IMG/VR virus record: IMGVR_UViG_3300025033_000013
Source: an uncultured virus (IMG/VR IMGVR_UViG_3300025033_000013)
Taxonomy: Duplodnaviria; Heunggongvirae; Uroviricota; Caudoviricetes
DNA: 31,027 bases
Direction: 5' to 3' (one strand)
Part shown: one piece after another, positions 26,728-31,027 of the stretch
Position numbering within the stretch: the stretch's first letter is position 1
Layout: each line of letters begins with the position of its first letter
Notes under the pieces: generated by a model
Database searches by the model: none
The model's input: the letters and a program-made list of their open reading frames with translations, nothing else
Told to the model about the DNA's origin: nothing
Translations under genes and position numbers: made by a program

Positions 26728-27573
26728 TTATTTTTTTATCCATTCCTTATATTTTAATTCATATCTTTCTAAAAATTTCAAATCACCATTATTATATAAT
26801 TTTTCAATTTGATTAAATTTTAATCTCCCAATATCAACCATTTTATATTTTAAGTTGTTTTTTTTACAAAACTCGATTGCTCCATTTTTTTTTCTAATTA
26901 CACTATCAGAATTCCACAATTTTTTAGGTTTACTTTCAACCATATATTTATTGTTAAGAACAAAATCTGAAAAATAAGTTTTTTCAACACCATTATAATC
27001 AACATATTTAACTACCCATTTATTTTCCTCACCACTTTCCCAACTAAAACCAAACCTTTCAATCACATTAACCATAAAAGTTAATTCATTTAACGACCTA
27101 AAAAACCAACCTTTATACCAACCAGACCAACCATTACCAGAACCTTTAGGTGACGGTTTACCATACATATTATTATTTTCACCACTATTTAATAAACTTT
27201 GCTTATTTTTATATTTACTAAGTTTATCATCAGCTTTACTTTTACCAAATTTATCAACCCATACATTATAAAATGATTTACCATACATACCATTATTAAC
27301 ACCTTTTGATAATTTAGATAACTTTTCTTTAGTTTTATCAGAATGAGTCTTACCAATTTTAATTTTAGATTGACGCTTTTTTGTTTCTTCACTATGCTTT
27401 TGGCCAAAGAAAGGATTTTTATCACCTTTCATACCATACATCGCATTATTTTCGCCAGATGAAGCACAACTTCTACAAACATTATTATTTTTTTCAGCGT
27501 TAATTCTTACATATTTTGTACTATAATGGATTTCTGAGTTACATTTTGGGCAATTTCTAATATATTTTTCCAT
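26728..27573 (-). CDS. NUMOD3 + TnsA-like PD-(D/E)xK homing endonuclease
   Basis: CPKC..CRSC; HSEETKK repeats; FRSLNE..YFSDF..VESKP. Confidence 0.8.
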   Translation of the reverse strand: MEKYIRNCPKCNSEIHYSTKYVRINAEKNNNVCRSCASSGENNAMYGMKGDKNPFFGQKHSEETKKRQSKIKIGKTHSDKTKEKLSKLSKGVNNGMYGKSFYNVWVDKFGKSKADDKLSKYKNKQSLLNSGENNNMYGKPSPKGSGNGWSGWYKGWFFRSLNELTFMVNVIERFGFSWESGEENKWVVKYVDYNGVEKTYFSDFVLNNKYMVESKPKKLWNSDSVIRKKNGAIEFCKKNNLKYKMVDIGRLKFNQIEKLYNNGDLKFLERYELKYKEWIKK

Positions 27574-27631
27574 ATTCTTTTATCATAAATATGTTAATAA
27601 TTCCAAAATCACGTAATTCCCTCAAAATAAA

Positions 27632-27970
27632 TTACTCTTCTTTATCAGAAGCACCAGAACCTGGAATTCCTCTCATAATAATCAATTCTTGGTTTGGTCT
27701 AGTTATTGGTACATTTAATATATTTTTCTTCATAATAGCTTCTCTAAGTTTTTCTTTAATTCCTAGTCTAAGTTTCTCCATTTTCTTGTCGTTCCCAACC
27801 ATATCAATATATTGATGCTTAGGGCAATATTCAGGAGATAAAGTAATCTCTCCCTCTAACGCATACTTCTCTATTATGTTAAAATCTGGCTCGGTTTTAA
27901 CAACCCTACCACATTTAGAACATAATATCGCCATAACTCCGTTAATTTTTTTAAATATTGCTGTATCCAT
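27632..27970 (-). CDS. Zn-ribbon protein ending in the orphaned kinase N-terminus (RGIPGSG)
   Basis: CSKC..CPKH; ELIIMRGIPGSG then ASDKEE*; ATG at 27970 follows TATATTTG. Confidence 0.65.
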   Translation of the reverse strand: MDTAIFKKINGVMAILCSKCGRVVKTEPDFNIIEKYALEGEITLSPEYCPKHQYIDMVGNDKKMEKLRLGIKEKLREAIMKKNILNVPITRPNQELIIMRGIPGSGASDKEE

Positions 27971-28047
27971 GATATTAATAAATATAGACTTATCCGCAAA
28001 TATACGACAAAAAAAAAGAACTACCAAGTAGTTCTTCATTTTTTTTA

Positions 28048-28647
28048 CTAATTTTTTCGTCTGACTGATGTTGGACGATTACTAGCCGTAGGTGCTGTAC
28101 GAATATTAGCCCTAGGTGCTGTACTACGATTAACAGCGTTTCTCGTAGGTGTACTAATATTAGTATTTCGTGTTGTGTTAATATTAGTATTTCGTGTTGT
28201 GTTAATATTAGTATTTCGTGTTGTGTAATTATTATTAATAGGTGTATTTCTTCTAACTGTTGAGTTTTGTTGTCTAATAGCTGAGTTGTTATTATTTACT
28301 CTTCTAACGGGAATATCTCTATTAATGGTTGTTCTTCTACTATTCACATAAGCTTTTTTATGTGAGTTATTAATATAATAATGATGGTTGGGGGTAAAAT
28401 TCCTTGTATTACAATACCTCACAAAATATGGGTGATTGTAATAATACCTTCTAACACCATATTGGTCGAAATAATAATTATCGTAAAAATAATATGGGTT
28501 TGTTATATATAAACTATGAATTGCGTTATAATCATAATAACCAAAACCATAGGTTACATTAACTGGTTCGGTAGCCAATTGAAATGATGCACATGAAGTC
28601 ATCATACTAATTGTTAATATTACTAAAAGTGCTCTAAGTGTTTTCAT
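28048..28647 (-). CDS. Lipoprotein with Tyr-rich core and R/N/T-rich tail
   Basis: Signal peptide with lipobox MTSC; low-complexity tail. Confidence 0.75.
   Translation of the reverse strand: MKTLRALLVILTISMMTSCASFQLATEPVNVTYGFGYYDYNAIHSLYITNPYYFYDNYYFDQYGVRRYYYNHPYFVRYCNTRNFTPNHHYYINNSHKKAYVNSRRTTINRDIPVRRVNNNNSAIRQQNSTVRRNTPINNNYTTRNTNINTTRNTNINTTRNTNISTPTRNAVNRSTAPRANIRTAPTASNRPTSVRRKN
28156..28226. repeat. 24-bp tandem repeat x3 (TTRNTNIN)
   Basis: TAATATTAGTATTTCGTGTTGTGT repeated in frame. Confidence 0.85.
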
Positions 28648-28701
28648 AGTAGTAATAATATTACTAAAAGTGCTCTAAGTGTTCTCATAGTAGTAATAAT
28701 A
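28615..28701. repeat. 41-bp tandem duplication of the lipoprotein start region
   Basis: TAATATTACTAAAAGTGCTCTAAGTGTT(T/C)TCATAGTAGTAA x2. Confidence 0.9.
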
Positions 28702-28721
28702 TACCAATAAATGTGCCATAG

Positions 28722-28745
28722 TGATTCTAGAGGGATTCGAACCCC
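28722..28745 (-). pseudogene. tRNA 3'-end remnant
   Basis: GGGGTTCGAATCCCTCTAGAATCA, a near copy of the adjacent Arg(ACG) 3' end. Confidence 0.65.
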
Positions 28746-28763
28746 ATTGCTGGTTTATTGTAG

Positions 28764-28836
28764 TGACCCTAGAGGGATTCGAACCCCCGCTCTACTGGTT
28801 CGTAACCAGTGGCATTATCCGCTATGCTATAGAGCC
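28764..28836 (-). tRNA. tRNA-Arg(ACG)
   Basis: Canonical cloverleaf, ACTGG-TTACGAA-CCAGT. Confidence 0.93.
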
Positions 28837-28886
28837 ATAAATAGTTGTGATTAACATTCGGTTTAAGGCACTCGATATAACTATTG

Positions 28887-28966
28887 TGACGGCCAAGAGA
28901 TTCGAACTCTTATTTACAACTCCAATTACGTTTAATGGTTTCGAAGACCACCTCGGTTACACCGCC
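28887..28966 (-). tRNA. Rearranged tRNA-like gene, anticodon TCG (Arg)
   Basis: Acceptor and T arm present; GTGGT-CTTCGAA-ACCAT only 8 nt after the acceptor 5' strand; D-loop-like TAATTGGA follows it. Confidence 0.7.
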
Positions 28967-28976
28967 ATTTTTAAAA

Positions 28977-29014
28977 TCCTTCTCTAGTTTCGAAGACTAG
29001 GGGAATACATCGCC
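28977..29014 (-). pseudogene. 5'-half remnant of a rearranged Arg(TCG) tRNA
   Basis: GGCGATG TATT CCC CTAGT-CTTCGAA-ACTAG AGAAGG. Confidence 0.6.
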
Positions 29015-29048
29015 ATTTTTGGAAGTAAATTGTTTAATAATAAATATG

Positions 29049-29127
29049 TAACGACAGTGGGATTCGAACCCACGTTTTCAGCTCCGCTACCCTTATCGGT
29101 TTAGAAAACCAACGGGGCTACACCCGC
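29049..29127 (-). tRNA. Rearranged tRNA-like gene, anticodon TCT (Arg), chimeric acceptor
   Basis: TAGC CCCG TTGGT-TTTCTAA-ACCGA TAA GGG TAGCGGA GCTG AAAAC GTGGG-TTCGAAT-CCCAC. Confidence 0.6.
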
Positions 29128-29139
29128 ATTTATTTTATA

Positions 29140-29162
29140 AAGACCCCCTCGGCTATGCCGCC
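29140..29162 (-). pseudogene. 5' fragment of a rearranged tRNA ending at the anticodon loop
   Basis: GGCGGCA TAGC CGAG GGGGT CTT; GGCGGCA pairs with TGTCGTT at 29056-29050. Confidence 0.55.
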
Positions 29163-29200
29163 ATTTACCACAATTAAGGTATTGTGGTCAACCATACGTT

Positions 29201-29539
29201 TTAATATTCTTTATATTCAGCTAACCCTTCAGTTACTAGCAAATCATTAATGTTTATAGTTTCCACATCAGTACTTAAAAATATCTCACCCAAATACCTA
29301 CCATATTTACCTTGTTTATCTTTAATTGTGTGAATCGCCACATCCTTATCTAGAATTAATTCTCTAAGCCTATCTCTAGTTATTAAACCAAGTTCACGCT
29401 CTGCGCCACGTATTTCTGGTGTGTTGATTCTAAGTAATCTAATTTTTTCAGTTATCTTTACATTAAACCCTAAGTCTATTTCAGCTGTAACTGTATCACC
29501 ATCATAAACTGATGTTATTTTTGCTTTATATTCGTACAT
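29201..29539 (-). CDS. Thermonuclease (SNase-like)
   Basis: VYDGDT..IRLLRINTPE..GKYGRYLG..LVTEGLA. Confidence 0.9.
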   Translation of the reverse strand: MYEYKAKITSVYDGDTVTAEIDLGFNVKITEKIRLLRINTPEIRGAERELGLITRDRLRELILDKDVAIHTIKDKQGKYGRYLGEIFLSTDVETININDLLVTEGLAEYKEY

Positions 29540-29599
29540 ATTTCATTAATTTGTTTTAAGTAATTCCATTGGAATCGTTTTTATTAGTTTTGCATTATA

Positions 29600-29902
29600 T
29601 TAATTAAATATCCAATGGTTATTGTAAAATTTATAATCTTTTGACTCATAAACCCTAAGATAATACCCATGTTCTTCTAATCTAACGATATCCTCTTTTG
29701 GAAACCATTCAAATAAATTTTCTAATGTATCAGTACACGATAAATAACCAATAATGTTTTCATCAAATGGCATCGGTAATAGATTATTTCTACAAAAATT
29801 AAATTCTTTATGAATAAGACCTGTGAACTCACCATCTATATTATACCATAACCCCTGATTAGTGGTAATATTACCCACCCTATAGAAAATTTTTTTCTTC
29901 AT
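29600..29902 (-). CDS. Hypothetical phage protein (stop may be premature)
   Basis: FYRV..QGLWY..; frame stays open 17 codons past the TAA. Confidence 0.65.
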   Translation of the reverse strand: MKKKIFYRVGNITTNQGLWYNIDGEFTGLIHKEFNFCRNNLLPMPFDENIIGYLSCTDTLENLFEWFPKEDIVRLEEHGYYLRVYESKDYKFYNNHWIFN

Positions 29903-29922
29903 AAAAACTTTGTTAATATTAG

Positions 29923-29954
29923 TGACTCCATCAGGCTTCGAACCTGAATCTAGA
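29923..29954 (-). pseudogene. tRNA 3'-half remnant
   Basis: TCAGG-TTCGAAG-CCTGA TGGAGTC A with no matching 5' half. Confidence 0.6.
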
Positions 29955-29958
29955 GTTG

Positions 29959-30030
29959 TGAACTCGCCCAGAGTCGAACTGAGGTCTTAGCTTTAGGAAA
30001 GCCAGATTTTTCCAATTAAACTACAAGTCC
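29959..30030 (-). tRNA. tRNA-Arg(CCT)
   Basis: GGACTTG/CGAGTTC, TGGCT-TTCCTAA-AGCTA, T arm intact. Confidence 0.85.
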
Positions 30031-30112
30031 GTTTATTTTCCTTCATCGCAATAGTATAAATCTAAATCACCTATAATCAATAAATACCGTAAACTGTCGT
30101 TGGGAAGCGCAA

Positions 30113-30508
30113 TTAATTACTTCTATTTTCTAATCGTTGTAAAACGCTTTTTATTTGTTTTACTTCTTCTTTTGTTTGATACAACTGGTCGGCATTTAAT
30201 AAATTAATTGAATCTGTATATTCTCTAGCTTTTCTTTCTACTATCATTAAAGAATCCCTCACCTTTCTAGATTTAATTGCACTAACATTATTTATACTAT
30301 CTAAATAATATTTTTGCCATTCTTCTTTTGGACTTGGTAAATTTTCTACTTTTTTAACTGTATAAACTTTTTGTTCTGGGGTATCAAATGTTCTACCTTC
30401 GTACTCTTTGCTTTGTTGACCTTGGGTATAAAACCATCCAAACACAGCTATTAATGTACCGCCAAGTACACCTACAATCAATTGCCAATATTTCATAAAC
30501 TTTTCCAT
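30113..30508 (-). CDS. N-terminally anchored membrane protein
   Basis: Single TM segment then a helical region; ATATTTATA upstream. Confidence 0.7.
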   Translation of the reverse strand: MEKFMKYWQLIVGVLGGTLIAVFGWFYTQGQQSKEYEGRTFDTPEQKVYTVKKVENLPSPKEEWQKYYLDSINNVSAIKSRKVRDSLMIVERKAREYTDSINLLNADQLYQTKEEVKQIKSVLQRLENRSN

Positions 30509-30552
30509 AATATGTTTTTATATAAATATAAAATAATTTTGAAAAGTGTTTG

Positions 30553-30622
30553 TTGGGATAAGCGGAGTCGAACCGCCTTGCCACTGGATATGAGCCTATG
30601 GTGTATTCCTATAACTATCCCA
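30553..30622 (-). tRNA. Atypical tRNA with CAT anticodon (Met or Ile2), reduced D arm
   Basis: TGGGATA/TATCCCA, CCATAGG-CTCATAT-CCAGTGG, GGCGG-TTCGACT-CCGCT. Confidence 0.65.
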
Positions 30623-30656
30623 ATTTAAGTGTGGGTATGAACTTTATCTGGACTAT

Positions 30657-30863
30657 GTGAACTACCCACCCACGGCAGAGCCGATGGGTTGGGTTTCATT
30701 GACTCGACCAATGTCAACACCTCCACTTGTTTTTGTTTATACTCCGATTGCATACCACAACCAGAGTTAATAAAAATATACGACTTTATTTTTAAAAGTC
30801 AAATCTTTTTGTCGCTTACATCCCATTCACGCTTTGCGATGAATGGGTTTTACACTCCGTTTT
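30657..30863 (-). mobile_element. 207-bp internally deleted TnpB element retaining both ends
   Basis: Left end after TTTAT; right end ..GGGTGGGTAGTTCAC; retains a tnpB 3'-like segment (SGCGMQSEYKQKQVE). Confidence 0.85.
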
Positions 30864-30873
30864 ATAAAAAAAA

Positions 30874-30996
30874 CAGACCCTGAGAGTGGAGTATTTGTAT
30901 ATACACTTATGGTAGATGTTTCACCGCCACACTTACTCAGGAATATTACCTGTTTAATATCGGGGGTTTTTTAGCTGGTTTGCCCCACCCAGTCTG
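30874..30996 (-). ncRNA. Possible structured ncRNA
   Basis: CAGAC/GTCTG closing stem followed by a U tract; inner CCTGAG/CTCAGG, GGGG/CCCC and TGGCGG/CTACCA stems. Confidence 0.35.
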
Positions 30997-31027
30997 ACAT
31001 TTTATTGGTGATACTTCCAGTATCTTC

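Noticed and set aside
26624..27652. Group I intron or intein in the kinase gene
   Set aside because: No Hint motifs; non-coding flanks too short for a ribozyme core, and the 3' flank is explained as a duplicated N-terminus
4351..27815. Opposite-strand or alternative-frame ORFs (4351, 6073, 6080, 10321, 11389, 14828, 14853, 15130, 16322, 20294, 20823, 23551, 24052, 27189, 27591)
   Set aside because: They overlap well-supported genes and have no recognisable motifs
28156..28701. CRISPR array
   Set aside because: Repeats are head-to-tail without spacers; no cas genes
30085..30110. Possible further tRNA 5' fragment (GCGCTTCCCAACGACAGTTTACGG)
   Set aside because: Too short, with no partner arm to support it
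30393..30883. ORFs 30393-30584 and 30689-30883
   Set aside because: They overlap a tRNA/CDS and the mini-IS respectively
1..31027. Stop-codon reassignment
   Set aside because: Long conserved genes are intact in the standard code; in-frame stops are sporadic, of mixed type, and confined to decayed ORFs; no suppressor tRNA seen

Overview
AT-rich segment of what looks like a large (jumbo-type) lytic phage of a Bacteroidota host. Support: many TTTG-N20-TAnnTTTG sigma-A promoters, dense minus-strand genes, many homing endonucleases (HEGs) and standard genetic code. The window is a translation-rescue / RNA-repair region. It holds three tRNA clusters grouped by amino acid (Asp at the left edge; Cys/Val/Leu; Met plus Arg isoacceptors), Rnl1- and Rnl2-type RNA ligases each fractured by a naturally split intein at motif I, a fragmented kinase/2H-phosphodiesterase healing gene, two Pth2-like proteins, two Pol-beta-like nucleotidyltransferases, a PARP1-like protein, DNA ligase, RmlA, Hsp20, a thermonuclease, and a TnpB-only IS605-family element with five derived fragments. 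The main hidden signals are four. (1) Two promoter/leader-peptide/antiterminator/terminator cassettes sit directly in front of tRNA clusters; the Leu/Val/Cys-rich leader matches the Cys/Val/Leu tRNAs downstream, suggesting ribosome-sensed attenuation of phage tRNA supply. (2) A family of Arg tRNA-like genes has the anticodon arm apparently inserted inside the D-arm. (3) Some tRNA genes are split at the anticodon with a replacement tRNA nested inside. (4) HEG cassettes carry replacement fragments of the gene they interrupt. All calls are by eye; no searches or folding programs were run.
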